A DNA stretch of 57,495 bases from an uncultured virus (IMG/VR IMGVR_UViG_3300025617_000900) (lineage: Duplodnaviria > Heunggongvirae > Uroviricota > Caudoviricetes): the IMG/VR virus record IMGVR_UViG_3300025617_000900. The stretch is one strand, 5' to 3'. Made by a program: the position numbers and the translations under genes. How positions within the stretch are numbered: the first letter of the stretch is position 1; the number at the start of each line of letters is the position of its first letter. A model generated the notes under the pieces. The model saw nothing but the letters and a program-made list of their open reading frames with translations. It did no database searches and was not told the origin of the DNA. This document shows positions 57,336-57,495 of this stretch, piece by piece.

Positions 57336-57495
57336 ATGATAGATGCACTAAAAACTCTATTTGAAAACGACGTTGTTTCAACTGAGATTAGAGAACAAAT
57401 TGAAGAAGCTTGGGAAGCAAAAGTTCAAGAAAACAAAATGCAGGCAACTGCTGAGTTACGCGAAGAATTTGCTGAAAAGTATGAGCACGATAAGT
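57336..57495 (+). CDS. Prohead scaffold protein, gp22-like (5' part only)
   Basis: AGGAG RBS; hand translation MIDALKTLFENDVVSTEIREQIEEAWEAKV...LREEFAEKYEHDK is open to the window end; follows the protease gene. Confidence 0.75.
   Translation, partial: MIDALKTLFENDVVSTEIREQIEEAWEAKVQENKMQATAELREEFAEKYEHDK

Noticed and set aside
1..57495. Stop-codon reassignment as seen in some jumbo phages
   Set aside because: Genes are full length under code 11, and TAA, TAG (41849-41851) and TGA (1115-1117, 57319-57321) all act as stops.

Overview
This is an AT-rich segment of a large T4-superfamily-related (jumbo-type) myophage genome that uses the standard genetic code. Positions 1-40918 are on the minus strand. 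They hold a partial radical SAM gene, three glycosyltransferase-like genes, five tail-fibre/structural paralogs, a 5121-aa giant virion protein and a baseplate module (gp6-, gp25-, gp5-, hub-, gp53- and gp48/54-like). From 41003 most genes are on the plus strand. They encode a gp55-like late sigma factor, gp47/gp46 (Mre11/Rad50), a stand-alone GIY-YIG domain, probable internal head proteins, tape measure, portal, an acidic prohead core protein, the prohead protease and the start of the scaffold. Four signals stand out. (1) A ~370-nt, GC-enriched, heavily base-paired and pseudoknotted non-coding region directly after the GIY-YIG gene, followed by triloop DNA hairpins; this is a candidate new large ncRNA, nuclease-RNA system or RNA-primed origin. 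(2) A complete -1 ribosomal frameshift cassette (U UUU UUC, 5-nt spacer, 11-bp stem) that would fuse the gp26-like and gp51-like genes next to the tape measure gene. (3) A TAAATA late-promoter regulon that appears to produce leaderless mRNAs. (4) A late promoter placed back-to-back with the consensus sigma70 promoter of the late sigma gene. All protein assignments come from motifs and synteny recognised by eye; no database searches were run.
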